Positions 11,174 through 21,663 of a stretch of 64,000 nt of DNA are shown piece after piece. Source of the DNA: a virus; the IMG/VR virus record IMGVR_UViG_3300036715_002236, positions 4,438-68,437 of that record; one strand, written 5' to 3'. The translations under genes were made by a program, and so were the position numbers. The notes beneath the pieces are model-generated. The model saw only the letters and a program-made list of their open reading frames with translations. It ran no database searches and was not told where the DNA came from. Numbering within the stretch: position 1 is the stretch's first letter; the number at the start of each line of letters is the position of its first letter.

Positions 11174-11302
11174 TTAGTCGGTGATACGGTTGTTCCGGCG
11201 GTAGGAGCCCGGCCCCTTCTTCGTCCGATGGATTTGATGGCCCATCTTAGCGCCAGAGGTGAAGATTGAGCGAAGCTTCTTTTTAGTCGTCGTGTGTTTC
11301 AT
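11174..11302 (-). CDS. ArfA-like basic peptide (42 aa)
   Basis: MKHTTTKKKLRSIFTSGAKMGHQIHRTKKGPGSYRRNNRITD; KKGxGSYxR resembles the ArfA KKGKGSYxR motif; has its own promoter. Confidence 0.5.
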   Translation of the reverse strand: MKHTTTKKKLRSIFTSGAKMGHQIHRTKKGPGSYRRNNRITD

Positions 11303-11339
11303 GGGTCTGACAGTGAGACTTTTTTTATAAATGTCAAGC

Positions 11340-11804
11340 TTAGTAGTCATAACGTTGGGAGAAATCTTCAAGACTGCTAACATCGTTGTTTCGGTAAAGA
11401 TAAATACCGAGGCAGGTCGAATGACCAACAGCTTTGTTCTCCCATCCATTTGACCTTACCGCTTGAGCGTCATTCTCTTTAATTTTCTTGAGAATGGCTT
11501 TAATCGTGGCACCGGTGTCGATGAGGTCATCGAGGATGATGTAGTTGCCTTGGAAAGCCATTCCAGACTCAACATCATTGTCGGAATGAGAACCGTCTTT
11601 CTTGCGAACCACGCAGAGATTCTTGTTCAGCTTGAGGGCCAACTGAGCCCCCATGACCATTCCACTGACACCACGGACAGCGATGGTGTCGATGTCCTTT
11701 AGTTTGAAGTGCCTTTTGAGCGTAGCGATGGCCTTGGCGAGAGAGGTCTTGCGGGTCGCCTTGACGAAGATATTCTCGAGGTAGTAAACGCAGGTCGATT
11801 TCAT
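11340..11804 (-). CDS. type I phosphoribosyltransferase
   Basis: PRPP-binding loop YIILDDLIDTGATI; VVRK motif. Confidence 0.85.
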   Translation of the reverse strand: MKSTCVYYLENIFVKATRKTSLAKAIATLKRHFKLKDIDTIAVRGVSGMVMGAQLALKLNKNLCVVRKKDGSHSDNDVESGMAFQGNYIILDDLIDTGATIKAILKKIKENDAQAVRSNGWENKAVGHSTCLGIYLYRNNDVSSLEDFSQRYDY

Positions 11805-12363
11805 ATAGACACCGTATTTATTATTTTATAAATGTCGAGCCTAATCTCAAAGATTGGCCAGAAAGTTGTGCATCTCCAGCTCTTGGCGCTGAATGTCTTT
11901 GAAGATGTTCACAGCACGAGCTGAAATGGTTTCGACGCTCAACGCCTTGAAGTAATTGGCGATAATCATCTTGTTCGTGGAACTAATGTCCGCGCCGACA
12001 TTAATCATATGGATGCACTCCGCCTTGGAGCTCTCGTAGCTATCGTAGTCCAGCTCCATATCCCAAAGAAAGGACTCTTGGAGAGAACCGGGAAGGTCGT
12101 TGAAGGAAGCAGGTTTCATGCTTCCGACAGTGACTAACTTTTTATAAATGTCAAGCCTCAACCTTCGGCCAAGAACTCTTCATAGTCCCGAATAGTCTGT
12201 GCATACTCTTCCTCGTTACGGAACATTGCGTAATACATCCAGAAGAAGGGACAGATGGGAAGAGAAAGAATGACCACGAGACGAGGAATTCGCTTGGTCT
12301 TGGCAGCCACATTGCAACCACGCCCAGCGTTTTCCCAAAAGTTTTGCCAGATGTTTTTGTTCA

Positions 12364-12721
12364 TTAGAAAAGTTTCTTGATTGCGAGACCGGCGAGGACG
12401 AGAAGAAGAATGACACCCAGAACCACACCACCAACCACCAGCGGGCTGTTTGAGCTATTGTCTCCGTAAGTGGTCACACCGTCCACAGGGACGACCTCGG
12501 TGGAAGTAGTTGGTGCCATGACCTGATTAGGCTGAACCATGACCACGTGCGAACTCGGCCGGGTCATTTCCCAGAACATCCACCAATGAACCAAACTCGG
12601 GCCAGAGCTGTAGTGGTGCTGATGGATTTCCACGGTGTGAGGAACGACATGGGGGAGCTGGGTGTGAAGCCGGATGCGGCGCCGGATGACTTGACGGGTG
12701 AGCGGAAGGATGAGCGCTCAT
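12364..12721 (-). CDS. His/Pro-rich membrane-anchored protein, apparently frameshifted at a C5 run
   Basis: MSAHPSAHPSSHPAPHPASHPAP joins VEIHQHHYSS... if one base of the run at 12651-12655 is removed; C-terminal TM helix. Confidence 0.55.
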
Positions 12722-12912
12722 GGGTGACGCTCCGAAAAAGATGCCATCCAATAGGCGAGAACGATACGTGAGTCAGGCCGACTCAGACCGTAGGCGTCTT
12801 GGAGATACGGCGCCGCGCCATACATGTTGGTAACGCCAGAATCACGGAGAGAGTCGAGAAACTTCAGGTGAGAATCTTCAACGATTTCAGGGCGAGGAGT
12901 GGGTGAGGACAT
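12718..12912 (-). CDS. conserved small phage protein
   Basis: LRDSGVTNMYGAAPYL motif; leaderless start. Confidence 0.65.
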   Translation of the reverse strand: MSSPTPRPEIVEDSHLKFLDSLRDSGVTNMYGAAPYLQDAYGLSRPDSRIVLAYWMASFSERHP

Positions 12913-13465
12913 GAGATTAGAGTGATAAAGTTTTTATAAATGTCAAGACTTCCATTCAACTTCCATACCGTCGTTGATTTCAGCAACGCAGATGTCAATG
13001 TCGATGTCATCTAAGTCCACGATACCGTAGTGCTTAGCGTGGTCACGAACAATCTTGTAGGCCTTGTCACGGTTGCCATCGGTCTGACGCCAAAGGGCTT
13101 CGACCACATCGATGCTACCGCTGTTGAAGGTGTGAAACTTGAGCTGTTCAATCTTGTCCATATTTGGAGAGTGAGACTTATTTTATAAAAGTCAAGAACT
13201 AATCGGTCGAATGACGATTCCCTCATGGGCGGGAAGGTTGGTCATGTGCTCAAAGATTTCCATCGGCGTCCACGGCGCTCTGAACCACGAACCTCCCTTG
13301 TGGGTCCGTTTGAAGTAAAACACCACAGAATCCTTGACGTGCTGTGCTCCGTGGAACGTCCAAGCCTCAAGTATCGGCCCATGACTCGGAGAGTCGGGAG
13401 GACAGAAGGCGAGCGCGGGGAGGGTATCCCCGAACTCACAGTCACGATAGTTCAAGCGTTCCATC

Positions 13466-13807
13466 TTAGTGAGTGTGTGAGACTTCAGCGGGCTTACCAT
13501 CCCAAAGGAAGGCCCCAGCGTAGGAGGAGACGCGAACGTAGTAGCCCTCGCCCATGTGGTCAGGACGGAAACCCTTCACGATGTCACGGCCCGCGTTGCT
13601 GTTGAGGTCGGGAACAGCCTTACCGTAAAGGCTAATCTTTTCATCAGGCGTTTCGATGTTCCGAAGCTCACGGAGAGTCACACGAGCCGCGGAAACCTTG
13701 GTGACAAGGTAGAACGTGGCGTTGGTCTGGTCATAGCCCCACGAGGAGTGGAGAACATCACCGACCTTGGGGAGACGAAGAGCAACAGCAGGATTGATTA
13801 GGTTCAT
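13466..13807 (-). CDS. conserved hypothetical phage protein
   Basis: SSWGYDQTN..FY motif; leaderless start. Confidence 0.7.
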   Translation of the reverse strand: MNLINPAVALRLPKVGDVLHSSWGYDQTNATFYLVTKVSAARVTLRELRNIETPDEKISLYGKAVPDLNSNAGRDIVKGFRPDHMGEGYYVRVSSYAGAFLWDGKPAEVSHTH

Positions 13808-14384
13808 GTGAATTACAGTGACGACTTTTTTATAAATGTCGAGCTAATTCTTACGGTAAGAGAAGTTGAAGAAGGCAGGCTAGAGAAAGCCCACCTGTGA
13901 GAACACCCATCACAACCAGCATCTTGGCCGTCTGGGGCTTGTCCCGAGAATGGTCGGCCATGATGAACTGGGTGAGGGACATGGCACCGCCCAAGGCGAA
14001 CGTCATGCCATAGACAAGTTGGACGGCGGGTTCCATGAGATTACGTCTCCCGAATAGACTCAGCGAAGGAGAGCGGGAAACTGAGAGAGTGGCCCACGGT
14101 GAAAACACCGCGAGGCTTCACTTCAAAGAGGCCGACCTTGTAGGAGCCGTCGATGAAATTGACGAACACGTTCTTGCCATCAAGAAGTTCGACATCATCA
14201 TAGGTGAGCTCCTTAGCACGGGGAGCGGGAACCGTGTCCTCAGTGAGAACGGTGCCGATTTCAGGAACTTCGTCAGGAACGATATTGAGCGGATTCATTT
14301 GGATATGGTGGTTGATGATTTTATAAATGTCAATAATAAAGCGAATGTTCTCAGTTTTATGTTCTCAGTGATATACTTATAGAC

Positions 14385-14528
14385 ATGGGAAGAAAGAAGC
14401 TATATCATACAAAGGAAGAACAAGATGAACGAACAAGGCGCAACTCAAAAAGATACTATAAAAACCATAGAGATGTTATTTGCACAAAGCGCATGTTGCG
14501 GTATCTACGGATTAAGAAACAAGCTTAA
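14385..14528 (+). CDS. small basic ORF overlapping GIY-YIG gene (copy 1, 47 aa)
   Basis: MGRKKLYHTKEEQDERTRRNSKRYYKNHRDVICTKRMLRYLRIKKQA; paralogues at 21514, 33301, 35755. Confidence 0.8.
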   Translation: MGRKKLYHTKEEQDERTRRNSKRYYKNHRDVICTKRMLRYLRIKKQA

Positions 14529-15124
14529 CGGGAAATGGTATGTTGGACAGAGTTTGGATATTCGTGCCAGGTTGATGCTATATCGTCGGGGGCGCTTGTC
14601 GAAGACAACCAAAACTCTATGCCGCGATAGCGAAGTATGGATTTGATGGCTTCGAAACGCACTTGTTGGAACAGTGTGCGGCAACCACCCTAAATGAGCG
14701 TGAAATACATTGGGTGAGCTTTTATAATTCGGCTGAGAAAGGATATAATCTTACAGAAGGTGGGAACAACGGAACACCAAGCGAAGAGACGCGCCTAAAG
14801 TTATCAAAGTCTCATATGGGACAGAGCAGACCTTGTTCAGAAAAAACAAAAGAGATAATGCGTAAGCGTATGACTGGAAGGACGATACTTCCAGAGTGGC
14901 GTGAAAAACTCAGATTAGCCAATATAGGAAAGAAGCACAGTGAAGAAACCAAAAAAACAATGAGCCTGTCACAAAAAGGAAATCGTGGAAGTTCTGGAAA
15001 ACATTGGATAACGAACGGACAAACATCCCGCCAGATAGATGTAAATATCATACCTGACGGGTGGAGAAAAGGACGTTTAATCCAAAAAGTTGCTGTAAGC
15101 GTCGGAATCCAAGCTCAAAACTAA
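14425..15124 (+). pseudogene. GIY-YIG homing endonuclease split by a frameshift
   Basis: GIYGLRN...WYVGQS in the first ORF; removing one G at 14588-14592 restores RRGACRRQPKLYAAIAKYGFDGF in frame with 14663..15124. Confidence 0.8.
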
Positions 15125-15415
15125 CATTCTGGTTCTATCATACGTTTGAATGCTGACCTTCGTGCCCTTGTAGTTCATCGAGCCGGAGAAGTCGTAGGTG
15201 GCGTAGGTCTTGTAAGTCCACTTGATGAGAGCGGAGAGGAAAGGGTTGAGGAGCTCCGTGTAGCCCGTAACCGGATTCTCGGTCAGAACGAGCTCACCTT
15301 CGGGAAGGAAGATGCCCATCGCGTCGAGCTTGGCGACGAGGTTGAGGTCGGGCTTGCGAAGGGCCTTGCCGTTGACCGTGTTGTTCGTATTGGTGAGATA
15401 TGAGGTAAGGTTCAT
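15077..15415 (-). CDS. hypothetical protein
   Basis: Leaderless ATG after promoter. Confidence 0.65.
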   Translation of the reverse strand: MNLTSYLTNTNNTVNGKALRKPDLNLVAKLDAMGIFLPEGELVLTENPVTGYTELLNPFLSALIKWTYKTYATYDFSGSMNYKGTKVSIQTYDRTRMLVLSLDSDAYSNFLD

Positions 15416-15719
15416 GTGGATTACAGTGACGGTATTTTTATAAATGTCAAGCTAATGTTATCGTCGTCCACGCCGGCCACTTTTTGATGAGGGTAGCTTG
15501 AACTTTCTTGAGATCTTTCAATGGAATAGTAAAGCGAGAGAAGTTCCGACGTTTCTCTCCGAGAATCTCTACAAGCACCAGATCCTCATCATACCAACGC
15601 TCAGCGTTGGACCAACGAATCACTTTTAGTTTTTGTCCATTACATGTAATCGTCATAAAGGTATCAACATCAACATTTATAAAATGTCAATTAAATTGGC
15701 GTTTTAGATTGGTTGGTTG

Positions 15720-16586
15720 TTACATATCAAAGCGGGGCACAAAACCCGTTGACATGTCCTTAATACGTTTTGTGACGTATTCATCGAATGGCAACAGCAA
15801 AGCTTCTGCGTCTTGGTGATAAAACGACGTTCTTGTTTTAGCGCCAATGTGCTTCGACATGATAAGAGACAAAGCATCTCCCGTTAGAGCACCTGACCGC
15901 ATGAAGGGATTTGCCCAAAAATATAGCCACTCAAAACTTGCGAGGGCAGAAAACCGTGTAAACTGGTCGTTGTTGGCATCCCAAGCGATGTTCCAGAACG
16001 TGGTAGCCTCAGCCCGAATCTGGCTAATCCACCGACTACGAGGATGTTCAAAAAGCCACAGAAAGTCACCGTTGGTATCGGTGCCATACTGAATCCGACG
16101 ACATTGGAACGTTCCACCCGTGCGTGCTGTGAAAAGAGGCTGGTATTCGTGAGAAACCACACACATATCCTCAAACCGCTTGACATCGACGGGAAGGCTC
16201 GGGAATGGAGCGTAATCGGTATCCCAGACACGACTACTATAAACGTTTGAGTCTTCCTTGGCGTAGTTCATCGTCCAATCGTAAAAACGTTGAGTCCGAG
16301 GAACCAAAGGAGTAGCAAAGGAGTAGCAGGGAGAATTACCTAGTCCAGCGAAACGCTCCTTCCACAGTTCCTTCCCACCTTCCGTAACCTGCTTGGCGAA
16401 GAACGTGTTATACTTCTGAGCGAGTCCTAGCCGCATCCGGAACAGACCGAATGCCAGCTGATTGAGTTCGTTCGGGTTGTGTAACTCCGTTTCGTTCACC
16501 CACTTACCAAACATTTCTTGGAACTCCGCGCCCATCGCGTCGTATGGAGGTTCTGCGATAACGTGGCGGAAGTCGATGGGATTCAT
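15720..16586 (-). CDS. Fido-fold (Fic/Doc/AvrB-like) protein
   Basis: FEWLYFWANPFMRSGALTG is a degenerate Fic motif; DAEALLLPFDEYV resembles the AvrB-family C-terminus. Confidence 0.6.
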   Translation of the reverse strand: MNPIDFRHVIAEPPYDAMGAEFQEMFGKWVNETELHNPNELNQLAFGLFRMRLGLAQKYNTFFAKQVTEGGKELWKERFAGLGNSPCYSFATPLVPRTQRFYDWTMNYAKEDSNVYSSRVWDTDYAPFPSLPVDVKRFEDMCVVSHEYQPLFTARTGGTFQCRRIQYGTDTNGDFLWLFEHPRSRWISQIRAEATTFWNIAWDANNDQFTRFSALASFEWLYFWANPFMRSGALTGDALSLIMSKHIGAKTRTSFYHQDAEALLLPFDEYVTKRIKDMSTGFVPRFDM

Positions 16587-17299
16587 GTCGCCAACGGTGA
16601 CAAACTTTTTATAAATGTCAAGCCGTAACGAGCTCAGGCGTGGGTTTCTTTATCTCAACTACAGCAGGAACTCGCTCATAGAGCTTCTGAGAAGCGCCAC
16701 GAGTCTTGCCGTCATGCTTTGTCTCGGAGTTGAGACGAAGTTCGTTTGCCTTTACCATTTTCTTAAGGCGCATGTAAATGGTAATGTAAAGAACACCTGG
16801 GTTCTTTGCCATCGCATCTTGAACCGTGAAGCGCACCTTGGAGGGCAGCTTCATCAGAAAATTATACTTGGCGCGGGGTTTTTTATTCATATAGAAAGAT
16901 TACGTTGGGTCTTCTCCGGTCAAAACCTTGAGGAGAGACATGTGGGATTTGCCAACTTGTGCGAGCCTTTCGCACGTTGAAATGAGCGCCGCTGAGATTT
17001 CTTTAATGGTGGAATTGAGCGCCTCAATCTGCTTGGCTTGAGCCAGCTGAACTTCGTTCAGACGGTTTACTTCCGTCTGATACTTCATTAGAACTTCGAT
17101 GGTTTCATTCATGGTGTAGCGGAGACAAACTTGGGCGCAGGTTGGAGTTGGTCTTGGCGGAACCATCTCGCGGAGATGATACCGACAAAACGAACGCTTG
17201 CTACCGCGTTATCGGTAGATGTGTAGGTGGATACGATTACTCCGGTCAGCCCGTGAGCGTCTGAACTAGGGTCATTGATTTGAACAGAGTCTTTGGGTT

Positions 17300-17545
17300 T
17301 CATGTTTTAAAACGGTCGTAGTTTTTCTCCAAGGCTTCCTTGGCATCGAAGAGGCCAAGGCCGGTGAGATCCCTATAGCGCTTGATGGCCTGGATGCGGT
17401 CGCCGTCAGCGTAGATTTTTGCGATAACAGGGGGAACGGTAGGGAGGTCGCTGGCGGCCGGATCGAACTCAACTGATGTCACGAGAGGCAGAAGTTTCTG
17501 CACAAGTGCCAGCAATTCGGCGTTGGATGTAATGGTAAGTTTCAT
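17300..17545 (-). CDS. small bL12-CTD-like protein
   Basis: RIQAIKRYRDLTGLGLFDAKEALE. Confidence 0.7.
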   Translation of the reverse strand: MKLTITSNAELLALVQKLLPLVTSVEFDPAASDLPTVPPVIAKIYADGDRIQAIKRYRDLTGLGLFDAKEALEKNYDRFKT

Positions 17546-17657
17546 ACGATGACGGTAACAGTTAAATTATAAAAGTCAAGAAGGAATCGAAACGAACTTA
17601 TCATTAATTCAAATCTTACTCACCTTGTCCGGCGGATTTCGGTGGCTTCGTTGAATA

Positions 17658-18083
17658 TCATGTGAGTAGGAAAGTAAGGCCCTTAGCGTATTTCTTGACT
17701 TGGTTCTTTGAAGGTTCGTCGGAAAGGTTCACCAGCATGTCCTTGATTTTAACAGCCGTAGCCAAAACGTTGGGTTTGACCCGAATCAGATAGTCCTCAT
17801 AGGACTCGCCCTCAATCTTAGTCATGGAAACCACGGCGGTAATGACTTCCTCAGAAAAACCGAACATGCGAAGCAGTTCGACGGTGGCAACCGTGTCTTC
17901 GAGAATGTCATGGAGTAGAGCCACCTGCTTCTCCAAGGGATTCTTGAATAGAGCAGCAACGGCGCGGGAATGGGTGATATACGGAGTGACCTTATCGTTC
18001 CGCGTCTGGCCAAAGTGGAAGTGCTCCGCAACTGCGTCAGCGCGGTCTACCAAGTTGGGTTGATTGAATAGGTGGTCTAACAT
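17658..18083 (-). CDS. HD-domain hydrolase, SpoT/Mesh1-like (small alarmone hydrolase-like)
   Basis: H-GQ-R, PYITH, ALLHDILEDT, VKIKD..N motifs. Confidence 0.8.
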   Translation of the reverse strand: MLDHLFNQPNLVDRADAVAEHFHFGQTRNDKVTPYITHSRAVAALFKNPLEKQVALLHDILEDTVATVELLRMFGFSEEVITAVVSMTKIEGESYEDYLIRVKPNVLATAVKIKDMLVNLSDEPSKNQVKKYAKGLTFLLT

Positions 18084-18717
18084 AAAAAAAGTGTGGATGA
18101 TTATTTTATAAATGTCAATACAGTTCGACAATATTTTTCTTAGAGGGCCGATATTTCTGTTTACTGAAGTATTTCAGTGAATCGGGATTATCGATGGGGG
18201 AGGCTCCACGTGGACCCTTCAGGTTGTAATAGAGAGGGTCAGCGTCCTTCGCGAAGAGCAGAAAGTCGCCGCTGTGGGCCCATTTTGAAACGAGATTGAA
18301 TACTCCACCGAGCTTTTTAGCGTCGGCGTAGGTGAGGTCGGTTTTTCTGGATTTAATCATGGTAGTTTATGCGGATGCGATAAGGCGAATGAGGCCGGAA
18401 ATACCCAAGCCAGCGGCTAGGCCTCCGAGCATACCGATGTAAATCGGTCGAATGTGTTCGATGCCGGCTCCAAGTGCCATACCAACACACATGGTAAAAA
18501 GAATGACATGGAGAAATACAGGGAAGTATCGGGAGTTCATAGAGATTTTACGTTTTCTGCGTTGAAGTCGTAGCCGTTGCCGGCGAGGTCAACCACCGTG
18601 TAAACGATGGGGCGACCAACACCTGCGTTGATTTGGAGAATTGTTCCGCCGTAACAGAGACAACTGTTGGGGAAGGTGGCAATCACCCTGTCGCCTATCT
18701 TGATAGGTTCCATGTTC

Positions 18718-18930
18718 TTAAACTTCCTTGAACAGTTCGTCCCACACTTCCGGCGGCGTGCCGGTCATCAGGAACTCACGCTCATCAGCGGTGAGGTAGG
18801 GGAAGGCCCTCTGAATGAGGGCCCCGTTCTCTCGCGCGAGATTGCCGATGAGGAGAAGCTCCGGTGTGAGCTTCGGCATGTCCATCGTGTAAGTCTTGCC
18901 GTCGAGCTGACAGCGCTTGGTAATCTTCAT
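18718..18930 (-). CDS. conserved small phage protein
   Basis: LIQRAFPYLTADEREFLMTG...WDELF; leaderless start. Confidence 0.65.
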   Translation of the reverse strand: MKITKRCQLDGKTYTMDMPKLTPELLLIGNLARENGALIQRAFPYLTADEREFLMTGTPPEVWDELFKEV

Positions 18931-19166
18931 GGTTAGATACTGTGTGAGATTTTTATAAATGTCAAGACTTGACCAGCTTTTTCTGCCAGATACGGATGTA
19001 ATCAGAATCGTAACCGACATTGACAAGACGACGCTTTTCTGCTCTCGCTTCCTTGAGAGTTAGAGAGCTGGTATGAAGTTTCCAACCCTCGTTCCCAACG
19101 TCCGTCCAATAGATTTCAACAGTGTAGTTCGTCATGTGGGTCACAGTGAAGACTATTTTATAAAAG

Positions 19167-19691
19167 TCAAGCCAAGACCGGCCCCAACCAACTGGCTAGC
19201 CAATAACTCCACTTGTGCTTGAAACGATTTCGGCGGAGATAGTTGTAAGTCTTGGCCATCTTATCCCGAAGGTCGTAGAGTCGCTTGTCCTCAAGCGTGT
19301 AAGTGTTCCCGCGCTTGGTGTTGCACGGAGAGCAGAGAGGTCGCATATTCCACACGTTGTTCTTGCCACCCTTGGAGGCCGGCAGGATGTGGTCTCGGTT
19401 CATCAGAACGTATCCACCGTCGTGCTCGGCATAGAGGTCAAGATGAAGTCCGCCCTTCTGTTCAGAACCGTGGCCCACCTTGTCTTGGGTGAGGATAATC
19501 TTGGTGCCCTCAAGACCACAGAAGACACACTTGCAACCGTGCAGGCCGAACACCTTCATGCGGGTGATGGAATACTTCCGGCCCTCATGCACCAACGTTC
19601 TGCTGTTATCATTGGTCATGGCCCGATGGATAACCTCGTTGACCGGAAGCTCTCCAAGAATCTTGGAGCCGGGATTATGTTTAATCTTCAT
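19167..19691 (-). CDS. HNH endonuclease
   Basis: CVFCG ... DHILPASKGGKNNVWNMRPLCSPCNTKRG. Confidence 0.88.
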   Translation of the reverse strand: MKIKHNPGSKILGELPVNEVIHRAMTNDNSRTLVHEGRKYSITRMKVFGLHGCKCVFCGLEGTKIILTQDKVGHGSEQKGGLHLDLYAEHDGGYVLMNRDHILPASKGGKNNVWNMRPLCSPCNTKRGNTYTLEDKRLYDLRDKMAKTYNYLRRNRFKHKWSYWLASWLGPVLA

Positions 19692-19722
19692 GTGAATTAC
19701 GGTGAGATATTTTTTATAAATG

Positions 19723-20130
19723 TCAAGAAACCTTTTCAACTTTCCAAACATTGACGACCTTAGTAGCCATGTTCGTATTCACAAGGTCATAGACCTCGCC
19801 ATCCTTCACGACAAGCACGTGGCCGTTGACGTGAACCAAATAGGTTCCAACGGAGAACTTGCTCAGAATATACATGAGGGTGCACCCTTCGATGGGAACC
19901 AGAATGAACCGATGACCGAACATGGTTCTCTGACGACCGAGCAGAGCGCCCGTATCAACCCCACGATTTCCTCGAATCTCCGGACGATACAGCTTGGGCT
20001 GTTCACGAACAAGAAGGTATTCCACGTCCTGATAAGAAACCCCGGTGACGAAGCAGATGGAGGTCGGAACACAAGTGCCCCGAATTCCGCGGGGAGCCAA
20101 GTTCTGAATCTTCAGTTGGTTAATAGTCAT
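19723..20130 (-). CDS. papain/C39-like phage protein (related to 45282..45764)
   Basis: TCVPTSI...G-Y; YLVHVNGHVLVVKDGEVYD gives Cys...His...Asp spacing. Confidence 0.5.
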   Translation of the reverse strand: MTINQLKIQNLAPRGIRGTCVPTSICFVTGVSYQDVEYLLVREQPKLYRPEIRGNRGVDTGALLGRQRTMFGHRFILVPIEGCTLMYILSKFSVGTYLVHVNGHVLVVKDGEVYDLVNTNMATKVVNVWKVEKVS

Positions 20131-20173
20131 ACGACCAACAGTGTATTATATTTTATAAATGTCGAGCTTAAAT

Positions 20174-20235
20174 TGGTGGATGGTATCGGATTCGAACCGA
20201 TGACGAAGCGCTCTACCAGACTGAGCTAACCACCC
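20174..20235 (-). ncRNA. anticodon-less tRNA-like RNA (62 nt) with G3:U70, A73 and encoded CCA
   Basis: GGGTGGT TA GCTC AGTCTGGTA GAGC GCTTCGTC ATCGG TTCGAAT CCGAT ACCATCC A CCA. Confidence 0.85.
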
Positions 20236-20727
20236 GAAAGTTTTAGGAGCACATACAAGTGCCCCAATCTTGACAACAGCTACTAGACCACATTCTGCAA
20301 CCTTCGCAATAGGTCATTGTGCCGAAGCAAAAAGGACACTCACTGCCACCAGAACTTTTACGTTGTTGGTGCCGGCGTGCGCGCTCAATACGACGATTCT
20401 GGCCACTGGTGAGTGGGCGAACCCCCTCCTTGACATTGTGACACGTAGGCTTCACAGGAATGACACGAGTTCAGCAAACGTGGAGAAATGGGTGTATTCG
20501 TCTTTATACTCCTGCGCATCATTGTTCCAAATGCGCTGACGGAGGATGACGGCGGAATCGAAAGCGTCACGGGTAACCGCCTCCTCACAATCGCCGGAAT
20601 CACAGAAGTATTCCTTTGAGGCGGGGTAATACGTGAAGCCAAAGTTGTTCAGAACCTTGACCTCTTCAGCGGTGAATGACGTTTCCATGTAGGTGACAGT
20701 GAATACATTTTTATAAAAGTCAACAGC

Positions 20728-20761
20728 AAAAAAAAGGCGAGCCTTTCGACTCGCCTTCTTA
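20728..20761 (-). terminator. intrinsic terminator
   Basis: AAGGCGAG-loop-CTCGCCTT with a T run on the minus strand, downstream of 20786..21427. Confidence 0.85.
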
Positions 20762-20785
20762 GGATGAAACCAACACTTACCTAAA

Positions 20786-21427
20786 TTAAACAGCAGCCTT
20801 CTCAGCCTCCAGCTCCTCCTTGGAGAACGGGGTGATGGCCTTCGTCACCGTGGTCTGCTTCTTCGTTTTCTTGGGGTCGAGGTAATCCTCGGGCCCGTGC
20901 TTCCGCTTGAAGCCACACTTGTCATAGATAGCGCATCCGTGGCACATATCATTGAGGAACCGATTGGGGTAGTGGCAGGTATCGTCGGAAGCGTAATCAA
21001 TGATGCCCGGCTGACCGCTACCGAAGTAGTTAGGGTCATTCGTCCAAGGATAGACCTTCTTTACAACTTCCTCCTCCTTGCCGTTCACCAGCTCCACGAC
21101 CTTCTCGACCTTGACGGCGACCAGCTTCTGCTTCTTGACCTTCTTGGGGAGCTTCTCCTTGGAAATCTTCGGAGCAATCTTGGGCAACTTACCCTTGTTG
21201 TTCTTCACGAGCTCCACAATCTGCTCCTTGGTGAAGCCGGCGTCGAGATACTTCTTAGCCTCCCGCGAAGTGTATTCCTTAATCATCCGCTCTTCTGACC
21301 CACCAAACTTTTTGGCGAGCGTCTTGGCGAAGTATTCTTGGTTTGCGAACGATTTGATGCCCGAGATTGCACATACCGGAAATATGTATTTTCCGTTTGG
21401 ACTACGTTCAAATGCTGTGAGTTTCAT
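20786..21427 (-). CDS. Lys-rich protein with Cys cluster
   Basis: CAISG and CHYP...MCHGCAIYDKC; own promoter and terminator. Confidence 0.75.
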   Translation of the reverse strand: MKLTAFERSPNGKYIFPVCAISGIKSFANQEYFAKTLAKKFGGSEERMIKEYTSREAKKYLDAGFTKEQIVELVKNNKGKLPKIAPKISKEKLPKKVKKQKLVAVKVEKVVELVNGKEEEVVKKVYPWTNDPNYFGSGQPGIIDYASDDTCHYPNRFLNDMCHGCAIYDKCGFKRKHGPEDYLDPKKTKKQTTVTKAITPFSKEELEAEKAAV

Positions 21428-21513
21428 GTATCCAAGGTGATTGTTTTTTTATAAATAGTCAATAAAAATCGATTATTCCCACGTTTTATGTTCTCATCTT
21501 TATATTTATAGAC

Positions 21514-21663
21514 ATGGGAAGAAAAAAACTACATCGAACAAAGGAAGAACTTAATGAACAAATTAGGCAACGATCCAACAGATACTATAAACGAAACAGA
21601 ACAGAAATCTGCAAAAAACGCATGTTGCGGTATTTACGGACTACAGAACAAGCTGAAGCCTGA
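21514..21663 (+). CDS. small basic ORF overlapping GIY-YIG gene (copy 2, 49 aa)
   Basis: MGRKKLHRTKEELNEQIRQRSNRYYKRNRTEICKKRMLRYLRTTEQAEA. Confidence 0.8.
   Translation: MGRKKLHRTKEELNEQIRQRSNRYYKRNRTEICKKRMLRYLRTTEQAEA

Noticed and set aside
20174-20235. One piece of a two-piece tmRNA
   Set aside because: Both acceptor strands lie in one 62-nt unit, with no tag reading frame or pseudoknots adjacent.
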